Below, piece after piece: positions 19,338 to 28,766 of a DNA stretch of 64,000 nt. The notes below the pieces were generated by a model that saw only the letters and a program-made list of their open reading frames with translations, had not been told where the DNA came from and did not search any database. Source of the DNA: a virus; the IMG/VR virus record IMGVR_UViG_3300042261_000976, positions 4,627-68,626 of that record; one strand, written 5' to 3'. The translations under genes were made by a program, and so were the position numbers. Position 1 is the first letter of the stretch. Every line of letters starts with the position of its first letter.

Positions 19338-19679
19338 TTATTTTTTTTCTTTATTTTTCATAAATTCTACTGATTTGAGTAAAGATTCATATCTATATTT
19401 AGACAATTCATATTTTGATTTTTCCCTAGATACTGGGACATTTGACACTTTTTCATATTTATGTACTCTTGTAAATCTTTCTAATCCGTCTGGAACCATA
19501 TTTTCTTCTATAGCTTTATTTTTAGCCTCATCTTCTGATCTAGCACATAAATAACCAACAACATCAAAATCTCTTCCAATTCCTATTTGATATATAGAAT
19601 ATTCATCATTCCAATCTTCTTCACCATATGGATCTACAACTTTTTTTTGTTCAAATATTTTAAATTTCTGTATGTTCAT
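19338..19679 (-). CDS. hypothetical protein, N-term MNIQKFKIFEQKKVVDPYGEEDW
   Basis: ATG at 19679 overlaps the stop of the upstream gene (ATGA); track start 19694 is TTG. Confidence 0.5.
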   Translation of the reverse strand: MNIQKFKIFEQKKVVDPYGEEDWNDEYSIYQIGIGRDFDVVGYLCARSEDEAKNKAIEENMVPDGLERFTRVHKYEKVSNVPVSREKSKYELSKYRYESLLKSVEFMKNKEKK

Positions 19680-20251
19680 TTCTCCTCCTCCCAATCTTCT
19701 TCGCCATATGGATCTCTCTCTTTTAAGACTTTTTCTCTTTGTCTTAATATTTCTTTTTCTTCTTCTGTTGGTTTAAATGTATCTGGTAAAGATGATCTAT
19801 ATTTTAATTTATCAGCCAATACGTCCATTTTATTAACACAATTAGCTACAGATTTTCTATTTCCATCTTTTACAGCCTGATATATTGTAACTTTTATATC
19901 TTGTAATTGTTCTTCTATATCTGGGTTCTCTTCTAATAATTCTTTGGCTTTACGATATTTTCTATCAGTCTTAATTAGATGGGATCTATTACTTTTTATA
20001 TTTATATAAAGATCTCTGAATAAACCTCTATACCAAGCTATTCCTGTTGGTAATATAAAAAGAGATCCTAAAATATAAATTAATATATGCCATCACATAT
20101 CCATACTCATTAGATTAAATAATTGACCTAAAGCTCCAATAGAAAAGAAAAAAGCTATAGCTTGAGCATCATCATTTTTAAGTTTTCTCATCATAAAATC
20201 ATGATATACACTTTCATTTAGATATTCGTTATATGTTTGTATATTGTTCAT
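19676..20251 (-). pseudogene. tandem paralog of 20248..20853 interrupted by in-frame TGA (20093-20095); ends DPYGEEDWEEEK
   Basis: MNNIQTYNEYLNESVY.. then TGA then WHILIYILGSLF.. continues in the same frame for 139 codons; aligns to neighbour paralog. Confidence 0.5.
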
Positions 20252-20853
20252 CTTTTCTCCCACCAATTTTCATTTTTAGGTTCATCCTCCAATTTTTCTT
20301 CCCCGTATGGGTCGTAGGCTTTCTTGGCTTTAATTCTGGCTTTCTCTTCTTCAGTGTATGCAAATAATTCACCAAGAGATTGTTTTTTCTTCAATTGTTT
20401 TGATAATTTATAAATATCATGAACACAAAGAGATATATTTTCTTTGTTTTCATTTTCTATAGCATCTCTCATTCTATTTTTTATATCATTCAACCTATCC
20501 TCTATTTCTGGATATTCTTCAATCATATCCATCATTTTTTTGTATTTTTTATTTGTGCTTCTCAATAACGTTCTTACTCTCAAAGAATCGTATGGATTTC
20601 TAAAAATGGCTCTGAGAATTAAAACAAAAGCAGGAATCGATAAAAAACCACCAATTAAAATGACTATTAAATGTCTCAAAGGAGTAACTATATCATCAGT
20701 ATCAAAAGGTAAATGTGCTCCTTGACAAAGACCAGCTAAAACAACCATAATTAATGTTATCATTCCCTCTTTATTATCTATATCGAAACGTTTATTTATC
20801 CAATCATAGAAACCTTCATTTAAATAATCGTCATAATATTTTAGATTGTTCAT
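20248..20853 (-). CDS. membrane protein (2 TM) with C-terminal DPYGEEKL; paralog of 19676..20251
   Basis: likely start MNNLKYYDDYLNEG at 20853; ATGA-coupled to next gene. Confidence 0.55.
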   Translation of the reverse strand: MNNLKYYDDYLNEGFYDWINKRFDIDNKEGMITLIMVVLAGLCQGAHLPFDTDDIVTPLRHLIVILIGGFLSIPAFVLILRAIFRNPYDSLRVRTLLRSTNKKYKKMMDMIEEYPEIEDRLNDIKNRMRDAIENENKENISLCVHDIYKLSKQLKKKQSLGELFAYTEEEKARIKAKKAYDPYGEEKLEDEPKNENWWEKR

Positions 20854-21153
20854 AATTTTGCGTATTTTTTTTGCATTATTATTGCTATATATTAAATAAT
20901 AAAAACAAAAAATCAAAAGAGGTTAATCGGGATTTTTGGAAAAGGTGATTCGTTACAAACAGAATATTATTAACAATTTCTAATTAGATATAGACTTGTT
21001 ATAGTTGCCATAGTAAAACTAATATAAATAGAGAAAATTGGCAAACTTTTTTCGATAATATTATAAAAGAAAGATATGACAAATTGACATACGATATAAT
21101 TGGCATAGAAATTGATAAATAAAAATAAAATTAATGTAAAAGAAAGGAAAAAA

Positions 21154-21176
21154 TATGAAAGGAAAATGTATTGGGA
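21154..21176 (+). CDS. dnaK: DnaK (Hsp70) exon 1: MKGKCIGI(D)
   Basis: encodes the canonical DnaK N-terminus MGKIIGIDLGTT.. when joined to 21432. Confidence 0.65.
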
Positions 21177-21431
21177 TTAAATAGATCGGTCCCCTTATTC
21201 AGTAATGAATAATGATAAAGGCTTAAACTGCTGGAATCCCCTTAGAGCTTTTTTAACTACAACATAATTTGAAAAAATAAGTGTGAAAGTTTAAAAATAA
21301 AAAAGATTGGGCAATCAGCATCCAAACATCGTATAGATGGAGGTTCAGAGACTATAATAGCCAATCCTTAAAGGATTATTGTATAGTCCAGACTACAAAA
21401 GAAATTGCTTATGAAAGTAAGTGTAGTAAAG
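21177..21431 (+). other. group I self-splicing intron (255 nt, no ORF) interrupting dnaK
   Basis: exon ends in U pairing with G of internal guide GGTCCC (P1: gggaU/Gtccc); intron ends in G; P7-like GTTCAGAGACTATAA (21343-57) and GTATAGTCC (21381-89) resemble the Tetrahymena P7 strands. Confidence 0.65.
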
Positions 21432-23277
21432 TGATTTAGGGACTACGTTCTCGGCAGTTGCAGTTATGGAAAATGGAGTACCTACAATTATTGTAAATAG
21501 TGAAGGAGAAAGAACAACTCCTTCTGTTGTCGCTTTCCTTGATAAAGGAGAGCGAAAAATTGGTAATCCAGCTCGTAGACAGGCTGTTACAAATAGTAAT
21601 AAAACTGTTCATTCCATTAAGAGGTTTATGGGAGAACATTATGATAGACTAACAAATGAAATTGATCGTTATGCTTATAAGGTAGTTAAGAAACATGATA
21701 TGCCTTATATTGAAATTGATAAAAAGGAATACTCTCCACAGGAAATTAGTGCAGTTATTCTTCAAAAGATGAAAAAAACTGCCGAAGACTATCTTGGTCA
21801 AAAAGTTGAAAGTGCTGTTATTACTGTTCCAGCATGGTTTAATAACGATCAACGTCAAGCTACAAAGGAAGCAGGTGAAATTGCTGGATTTAAAGTAGAA
21901 CGTATTATTAATGAACCTACTGCTGCAGCTTTGGCTTATGGGCTTGATAAGTTGAAGAAAGATATGAAGATTGTGGTTTTCGACTTTGGAGGTGGAACAT
22001 TTGACGTTTCTGTTCTTGATTCGGGTGATGGTGTATTTGAGGTTAAATCTACATGTGGAGATGTCCACTTAGGAGGTAACGATGTTGACGACGTTATCGT
22101 TGACTGGTTAGTAGATGAATTCAAGAAAGACAACGGAATAGATTTGAGAAAAGATCCAATGGCTTATCAAAGATTGAAAGATGCAGCTGAAAAGGCAAAG
22201 ATTGAACTTTCTTCTAATACAGAAACAGAAATAAATCTTCCTTATATCACTGCCATAGATGGCATGCCAAAGCATATGGTATCTAAATTGAGTATAAGTA
22301 AATTCGAACAAATTGCTGACAGTGTATTTAAGAGACTTATTCCAATTAGTGAAAAAGCTCTTAGGGATTCAGGAATAGAAAGAGATAAAATTGATGAGGT
22401 TATTCTTGTTGGTGGTTCAACTCGTATTCCAGCAGTTCAGAAAATAGTAAAAAGTATTTTTGGAAAAGAACCTAATAGAAGTATTAATCCTGACGAAGCA
22501 GTTGCTTGTGGAGCAGCAATTCAAGGTGGAATTATTAGTGGTGAAGTAACAGATATTCTTCTTCTTGATGTTACTCCTCTTTCACTCGGTATTGAAACAA
22601 TGGGTGGAGTAATGACAAGATTAGTAGAAGCTAATACTACAATTCCAACAGAGAAATCACAAATATTCTCTACCGCTTCTGATAATCAGCCATCTGTAGA
22701 AATTCATGTTCTTCAGGGTGAAAGACCAATGGCGAGTCAGAATAAGACTTTAGGTAGGTTTCATTTGGATGGTATTCCACCAGCTATGAGAGGTATTCCA
22801 CAAATTGAAGTAAAATTTGACATCAACGCTAATGGTATTCTTGAAGTTATAGCTATTGATAAAGCAACAGGAAAGAAACAGAACATTAGAATTGAGAATT
22901 CTTCAACTCTTCCTAAAGAAGAAATCGAGAGAATGAAGAATGAGGCAAAAGAAAATGAGGAAAACGATAGAAAAGAAAAGGAAAAGATAGATAAGCTCAA
23001 CCAAGCAGATTCGATGATTTTCCAGACCGAAAAACAAATCAAAGATTTCGGAGACAAATTGACAAACGAAGATAAGAACAATTTGAACGAATCTCTTGAT
23101 AAATTGAGAACAGCACACAAGGGTCAAAATTTAACAGATATTGACAATTGTATGAAAGAATTAAATGAAAAATGGAATTTGATTTCAACTCGAATGTATC
23201 AACAAACATCTTCACAACAACAGGGACCAAAAGAAGAACAACCTGTAGAAGATGTAGAATTTCAAGAGGTTAAGTAA
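21432..23277 (+). CDS. dnaK: DnaK (Hsp70) exon 2, bacterial DnaK type
   Basis: [54 protein letters not shown]-terminal EDVEFQEVK; near-collinear with E. coli DnaK. Confidence 0.9.
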
Positions 23278-23310
23278 AAAAAAGAGGGACTTAAGTCCCT
23301 CTTTTTTTTA
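23278..23310 (+). terminator. intrinsic terminator hairpin agagggac-ttaa-gtccctct + T8
   Basis: perfect palindrome immediately after dnaK stop; also serves the convergent minus gene. Confidence 0.55.
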
Positions 23311-24999
23311 TGTCCCATATGATATATCTGATGCTCCTCCAATATTCCACGTTGGACCTTTATAATCTTCATCTACCATAATTTTTCCTTCTCCACTACA
23401 ATCGTCACATTCTCCTCCCGTGCTTTTTCTGCCCCAACCTTTACAAGAAGGACATTCTATTTGTTTATAATGTTTTATTTTAGCTTTAGATTTTGGTTTT
23501 ACAACATCGTCAAATTGTTTATAAAAATCGTTTTCAATATTTGATTTTGGTTTTGATTTTGTTTTACTGGCTAAAAATGTACTTATTTCTTGTTCCTTTG
23601 ATTTTGATGATTTTACATTTTTAGATAGTTTTTCATCACTTGCACTCAAAGTGCCTGGTTCTACATACAATCTTAAAGTTTTCTCATCTTCATAATCTCC
23701 TCCGTGAAAAACTATCATCCATTTACCGTCTGTTTTTCTAACACCATCAAACTGTCCGATTTTACCATTATACTTACTACCTGGAAGATTATATTTAACG
23801 CGTTGTCCTTGTCGAAATGGTGAAGTAACTTTTTTACCAACAGGTTCCCATTTTCCTCCGCTATAATCACCATAATCTGAAGCTTTCTTAAAATCCCACC
23901 AATTATCATCATATGATTTATCGGTATCTACATATGGAGATATTTTCTTCTTTGGTTTCTCTACAACACCTAAACCTTGACAATGCTTACACGGTACTGG
24001 TAAAAGTAAGTCGTTCACATGATGTTGTGATGTTAAAGTATAACCTCTACCGTTACAATATTCACATTCATCGTATTTCGACGGATCTGGATTTCTTTTT
24101 TTCTTATTGTCGCCGTATGGCGATTTTTTCTTTTTTAATTGTGTTTCATTTGGTATAACTCCTTCGCCTCCACATTCATCACAAGGATCATCGTAAGTCG
24201 ACATAACAACACCGCTTCCCCCACATTCTTCGCATTCTGATCCGTCATTTAATTCTCCTTCTCCATCACATTCATCACAAGGATCTTCAGTTTCGATTTC
24301 TAAGGTTCCTGCCCCGTGGCAAATTGGACATTCTATGTCATCTTTATCTTCGTCTTCGTTTTCTTCTTCTTTGTCTAGTTTAAGAGCACGTAACATTTCT
24401 TCCTTTGAAATTTGTGGTAAATCTCGTCTCGCTCCGAAATCTGATATTTTCACCTTAAACGGTTCCGTTTGTTTTGGTTTTTCTTTTGGTTTAGTTGTAC
24501 CAACAACATCAACTATGCCTACTTTTCTAGCTATACTCCTTTCTCTCTCATCTTCTTCCCATGATTCTTCACCATAAGGATCTAAATCCTTCATAGCTTT
24601 TTCTTTCATATTATGTAGAATATAAGCACATTTATCTATCATGAAATCAAGAGTTTCCTTATGTTGTTCTCTTTTTGTTACTTTTATTCTTCTTTCATAA
24701 GTTTCTTGATTAAGATTATCTTTCGCTGTAAGTATATAAGTTATAACATCATCTACATCTACAATCTTCTTTATTGTAAATGTAAAATATTTCTCTACAC
24801 ACTTAGCTTCTTTCTCGTTACTATCTACTTCAAAATCATCATGTTTTAACATTCTTATTTCCTCTTCAGAGAATAAGTCAGCTGGACGTTTTTCTATTCT
24901 TTCGCGCTCTTCATCGTCGCGATGGTATTTTAGTTTACCAGAACTAAGTTTTCTTTTCAATTCTTCGTTTATCTTATTATATCTTTGAATATAATCCAT
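23308..24999 (-). CDS. DnaJ-type zinc-finger (7x CxxCxGxG) protein, no J domain; contains DPYGEESW
   Basis: CPICHGAG, CDECDGEG, CEECGGSG, CDECGGEG, CEYCNGRG, CKHCQGLG, CPSCKGWG, CDDCSGEG. Confidence 0.6.
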   Translation of the reverse strand: MDYIQRYNKINEELKRKLSSGKLKYHRDDEERERIEKRPADLFSEEEIRMLKHDDFEVDSNEKEAKCVEKYFTFTIKKIVDVDDVITYILTAKDNLNQETYERRIKVTKREQHKETLDFMIDKCAYILHNMKEKAMKDLDPYGEESWEEDERERSIARKVGIVDVVGTTKPKEKPKQTEPFKVKISDFGARRDLPQISKEEMLRALKLDKEEENEDEDKDDIECPICHGAGTLEIETEDPCDECDGEGELNDGSECEECGGSGVVMSTYDDPCDECGGEGVIPNETQLKKKKSPYGDNKKKRNPDPSKYDECEYCNGRGYTLTSQHHVNDLLLPVPCKHCQGLGVVEKPKKKISPYVDTDKSYDDNWWDFKKASDYGDYSGGKWEPVGKKVTSPFRQGQRVKYNLPGSKYNGKIGQFDGVRKTDGKWMIVFHGGDYEDEKTLRLYVEPGTLSASDEKLSKNVKSSKSKEQEISTFLASKTKSKPKSNIENDFYKQFDDVVKPKSKAKIKHYKQIECPSCKGWGRKSTGGECDDCSGEGKIMVDEDYKGPTWNIGGASDISYGT

Positions 25000-25082
25000 G
25001 TTTTTTAAGTTTACGATTTAATGCTATATATTATTTTTTTTAGACAGTTCTTTTTAATATCTTTGTAAAAATAAAACTGTAA

Positions 25083-25277
25083 ATGTGCATATTTGATCAT
25101 CAACCGCATAGTGATAGATTCACTTTGATAGGAATACCAAGTGGAGAGGTTCTTGAAGTAAACGGAATACAATTTTATAATTTATATGAGAATGATTTAG
25201 TGAATTTTAATTGGGAAAAAGAATTTTGGTTCATTCTTGATGAAAATATGAATAAAATAAGATTGAAATTAAAGTGA
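25083..25277 (+). CDS. hypothetical small protein
   Basis: track ORF. Confidence 0.3.
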   Translation: MCIFDHQPHSDRFTLIGIPSGEVLEVNGIQFYNLYENDLVNFNWEKEFWFILDENMNKIRLKLK

Positions 25278-25483
25278 CGGATTTGTTTATGCCAATGACA
25301 ATCGAAGTAGAATTGACCGGATTTCCTAGTGGTCAAGTTATTAATGTGTATTCTGCCTTTATACAGACACTATACACATATGGTTATATTTTAAAACATC
25401 CCAAATATGGATGGACATTCACAGACGATAATTATCATAAAATTATAAAAATAATTAACAAAAGAGATTTAACTTTAATATAA
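25274..25483 (+). CDS. hypothetical small protein (GTG start)
   Basis: track ORF overlapping previous stop. Confidence 0.3.
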   Translation: MTDLFMPMTIEVELTGFPSGQVINVYSAFIQTLYTYGYILKHPKYGWTFTDDNYHKIIKIINKRDLTLI

Positions 25484-25490
25484 AAAGATT

Positions 25491-26045
25491 ATGGATATAT
25501 TTAGACCTAAAATAGAAGATGAGGGTAAATCATTTATAATTAGACCTTTACTAAATGCTAAAGGTTTGAAAAATAAAGAACCACATATAGTTCATTATGA
25601 TATAGGATTAAGAGGATTTATGAATGTGCCAATACAGGGGTATTTATGTTTTGCTCTTGTCGATGATGAATTAAAAATCATCAGATTTGGAAAAGTCATG
25701 TTAGATTTTATTAAAAGTAATAGTGAACATGGTGCAGACTTTCTTTTCATGAATAATGATAAGGCTATTAAAATGAATGTATCAGTAAAAAGAATTAATA
25801 ACGATCGTGAAAAAGCAGCTTTTTTTAACCCTTCTTATGAAATTGTTCAAGATAATAAATATAGGTTTGATGATACTCCTGAAAAAAGAAAATACATAAG
25901 CGATCTATTAATGAATACAGAACTCGACTTAAATGACGCCTTAAAAGAAGAAATAGAAAAAGTCGCAAAACTTAAAGAGAAAGAAGAACAAAGACTGAAA
26001 TTCGCCGACGTTGATCCTTACGGTGAAGAAGATTGGGGATTCTAA
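25491..26045 (+). CDS. hypothetical protein ending ..DVDPYGEEDWGF
   Basis: track ORF; C-terminal motif. Confidence 0.5.
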   Translation: MDIFRPKIEDEGKSFIIRPLLNAKGLKNKEPHIVHYDIGLRGFMNVPIQGYLCFALVDDELKIIRFGKVMLDFIKSNSEHGADFLFMNNDKAIKMNVSVKRINNDREKAAFFNPSYEIVQDNKYRFDDTPEKRKYISDLLMNTELDLNDALKEEIEKVAKLKEKEEQRLKFADVDPYGEEDWGF

Positions 26046-26058
26046 AAAAAATATAAAA

Positions 26059-26244
26059 ATGGAAAAATCAAAAGAATTACATCACGAAATAGAAGAGATG
26101 GAAAAGAAAATCATGGCTGATAGTAAAGCTATGGAGGAACATGTTAGAGAACATGAAGAAGAAATGATGAACGAAATAGAAGACGAAATTAAAGTATTAG
26201 AAAAAGCACACAAAGAAAGCAAACATCATTATTTAGGCTTGTGA
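26059..26244 (+). CDS. small acidic His-rich helical protein (61 aa)
   Basis: ATG at 26059 inside track ORF 26011..26244. Confidence 0.35.
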   Translation: MEKSKELHHEIEEMEKKIMADSKAMEEHVREHEEEMMNEIEDEIKVLEKAHKESKHHYLGL

Positions 26245-26604
26245 ATCGCCTTTGGATAATTCTAATAACTTATCATAAATTATTTCTCCATATTTACTAC
26301 CTACTTCTATGCTTTCTGTGGTAATATTACCCATTTTGCTTAAGTAGGCTTGCCCTATAGGAGTTTTATAAAATTCTATAATTCCAAGAATTTCTTCATT
26401 GGAGAAATACTTATCATATATTGGAATAATTTGCTTCTGTATTTCTTCTATTATATCTTTTATATTATCAGGGTTAACTTTTTCTTGTTTGAAATCAGGA
26501 ACTAAATGTGCCATAGCACTTATTATAGCTTTTGCACTATTTTCATTGGACTTTTCTCCACCATTTAATTTTAGTAAAGTTCTTATATTTTCTATTTTAT
26601 CCAT
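26233..26604 (-). CDS. DUF2059-like protein
   Basis: YDKYFSNEEILGIIEFYKTPIGQAYLSKMGNITTES resembles the DUF2059 core. Confidence 0.4.
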   Translation of the reverse strand: MDKIENIRTLLKLNGGEKSNENSAKAIISAMAHLVPDFKQEKVNPDNIKDIIEEIQKQIIPIYDKYFSNEEILGIIEFYKTPIGQAYLSKMGNITTESIEVGSKYGEIIYDKLLELSKGDSQA

Positions 26605-26614
26605 TCATATATTT

Positions 26615-26917
26615 TTATTTTTTTGGAATTCTTTCGCAGTCCTCTTTACCGCAACCTTCTATCTTTTCCCAACTTATAAGAAAATAAGGATAAGCATCGT
26701 CTATTTTGAAGCCTTCAGCAATCAAAATTTGTTTTACTTGTTCTTTATTCATAGCATCTCTATAATCCCATCTTACAGTATAATGCCCTTGTTTAGATGC
26801 GCTCTCTATTGAATCGCTCACACGATTCATGTCTTTTGTTAAATGTCTAGCTTTTTTAATCTCGAATTTCTCTTGATTTATAGTAGATATTCTGCTTGCT
26901 TCCTCTGCATTAATCAT
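26615..26917 (-). CDS. hypothetical protein
   Basis: track ORF. Confidence 0.4.
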   Translation of the reverse strand: MINAEEASRISTINQEKFEIKKARHLTKDMNRVSDSIESASKQGHYTVRWDYRDAMNKEQVKQILIAEGFKIDDAYPYFLISWEKIEGCGKEDCERIPKK

Positions 26918-26921
26918 ATTA

Positions 26922-27494
26922 TTACTTCTTATTTTTTAGTAAATCTTTTATTGCTTTAATTCCATTGTCATTTATTTCTCTGGTTCCTACTCCAGCAAAA
27001 TTTTCTGTTAATTTAGGTAGAAAGATAGAATCTTTATTTGTAAGAAATGTTCCCCTATCATTATTATCTTGATCTTTTATCAAAGAATATACAAACCAAT
27101 AACCTTTTTCTTGGTCGAAAACGTAAAGTGGTTTATTACTATCTATTGCCATCTGAACAGCCCATCCTGTTCCGCCATTTACAATATTCCAATTTTCTTT
27201 CTGTATAACTCCAATAGCAAAAACAGCATCTGAATTTTTCACTTGAAACCAATTTCTTGATAATAAATTCTTCACGTATGGACTTAAAAAATTAACATTT
27301 CTTTTAAGTGTCTGATTAGCTATTACGGCATGTTCCCATCCTTCTTTAAGTTCTTCTTGTGTTAATATCTTTCTAAATTTTGAATCTGTGTGATGATTAG
27401 CAAAACTCCATGCTATTATTTCTATTCCATTATCAACACACTCTTTTTCGAACACCATATCTGATCCTGGTGCTCCGCCACTATTACAAATCAT
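26922..27494 (-). CDS. SLOG/DprA-like Rossmann-fold protein (GGAPGSD motif)
   Basis: N-terminal SGGAPGSDM glycine-rich nucleotide-binding motif typical of the Smf/DprA-LOG (SLOG) superfamily. Confidence 0.4.
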   Translation of the reverse strand: MICNSGGAPGSDMVFEKECVDNGIEIIAWSFANHHTDSKFRKILTQEELKEGWEHAVIANQTLKRNVNFLSPYVKNLLSRNWFQVKNSDAVFAIGVIQKENWNIVNGGTGWAVQMAIDSNKPLYVFDQEKGYWFVYSLIKDQDNNDRGTFLTNKDSIFLPKLTENFAGVGTREINDNGIKAIKDLLKNKK

Positions 27495-27503
27495 ATTCTA
27501 ATT

Positions 27504-27749
27504 TTATTTTTCTGGTAACTCGTGTATTATTACTTTTCTTTCCGATGGTACTTCTACCACATCGTTACAATATCTTTTAGCTTCATCCAGTGTGCCAAAA
27601 ACACTTCCTATATTATACCAATCCGGATTTTTATCTTCCGGTCCCATACTGTGACTTAAAATATATCCTTCTCTTATAGTATCCTTTTTAACTTGAGGGA
27701 TAAACATATGCACACTTAAGAAAACTTCTTCTTTTATTCTCAATTTCAT
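27504..27749 (-). CDS. hypothetical small protein
   Basis: track ORF; 25-codon micro-ORF ATGA-coupled upstream. Confidence 0.4.
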   Translation of the reverse strand: MKLRIKEEVFLSVHMFIPQVKKDTIREGYILSHSMGPEDKNPDWYNIGSVFGTLDEAKRYCNDVVEVPSERKVIIHELPEK

Positions 27750-27906
27750 TTTGTTCTATCTTTATATTCTATTAGTTTTGGAATTATCTTATTTAATAAT
27801 TCTTTATATTCTATTTCATTCATCATTCCTTTGAATGAATTTATAGCAAAACAGGAAAGAACAACATTATTTTTAGTATCCTTTATTAAAAGGAAAATAA
27901 TGGTTT

Positions 27907-28344
27907 TTATATCTTTGTGCTGCCGAAACCACCTTCTCCTCTTACTGTATTAGATAATTCTTCTGTTAATTTAAAATTGACTTTATCATGATTAGTAATA
28001 ATCATTTGTGCTATTCTATCACCATTATAAATCTTAAAAGGTTCTTTACCTAGATTTATAAGAATTACACATACTTCACCTCTATAATCTGAATCTATAG
28101 TTCCTGGAGTATTTAATATAGTTATTCCATATTTTATAGCCAAACCGCTTCTCGGTCTAATTTGTGCTTCTAACCCTTTAGGTATTTCTAAAAATAATCC
28201 TGTTGGAATCAATGCTCTTTCCATTGGATCTAATGTAATAGCCCCTTCAATAATATGGGCTCTAAGATCTACACCAGCTGCTCCTTCAGTTGCATATTCT
28301 GGAGTATCATTATTTGATTTGTTTATTGTTTTTATATCTATCAT
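27907..28344 (-). CDS. dut: dUTP diphosphatase (dUTPase)
   Basis: GAAGVDLRA, IPTGL, PRSGLAIKYGI, GTIDSDYRGEV, RIAQMII motifs 1-5. Confidence 0.85.
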   Translation of the reverse strand: MIDIKTINKSNNDTPEYATEGAAGVDLRAHIIEGAITLDPMERALIPTGLFLEIPKGLEAQIRPRSGLAIKYGITILNTPGTIDSDYRGEVCVILINLGKEPFKIYNGDRIAQMIITNHDKVNFKLTEELSNTVRGEGGFGSTKI

Positions 28345-28649
28345 ATATTATGTATTTTTTCTTCAATAATACCACTTGGATTTTTATCTCTCATTTTTCT
28401 TTTTTCAACCGCAGATTGAGCTTCATCTATAGTATTAAAACCTTTATTAAACATTATTTGATGCGAACCAATTCCTTGCCACGTAATACCAAATTTTTCA
28501 TTCTCACTATATTTAACTTCAGCAAAATACTCTATTCTCCCGTCATCGAACTTCACTTCTCTTATTCTATATTCTGGAGGAAAATCCCCTACCGGATATA
28601 AATCTCCAGCAACTTTTTTTTCTTTTTTCTTTTTCCAAAAAATTCCCAT
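28341..28649 (-). CDS. hypothetical protein
   Basis: ATGA-coupled to dut. Confidence 0.4.
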   Translation of the reverse strand: MGIFWKKKKEKKVAGDLYPVGDFPPEYRIREVKFDDGRIEYFAEVKYSENEKFGITWQGIGSHQIMFNKGFNTIDEAQSAVEKRKMRDKNPSGIIEEKIHNI

Positions 28650-28713
28650 AATTATTCAATTTTTAATTAAATATCGTTACTTATTTTATCTTAAAAAGAA
28701 TTTTAAGTTTAAT

Positions 28714-28740
28714 AAAAAAAGGGAGCCAATTTTGGCTCCC
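28714..28740 (-). terminator. intrinsic terminator hairpin gggagcca-attt-tggctccc
   Basis: A7 run on plus = T-run on minus, 3' of minus gene 28767..29657. Confidence 0.45.
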
Positions 28741-28766
28741 TTACAGGTTTCCCGATAAGGAGTGGT

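Noticed and set aside
20917-21153. Sigma-70 -35/-10 (TTGACA ..TATAAT) in the dnaK upstream region at ~21080-21100
   Set aside because: The spacer is only ~5 nt. No CIRCE or heat-shock element was seen. The region is better treated as an unassigned long 5' leader.
21177-21431. Spliceosomal (GT..AG) intron in dnaK
   Set aside because: No possible junction gives GT at the 5' and AG at the 3' boundary. The 5'-exon U:G pairing, the terminal G and the P7-like motifs fit a group I intron instead.
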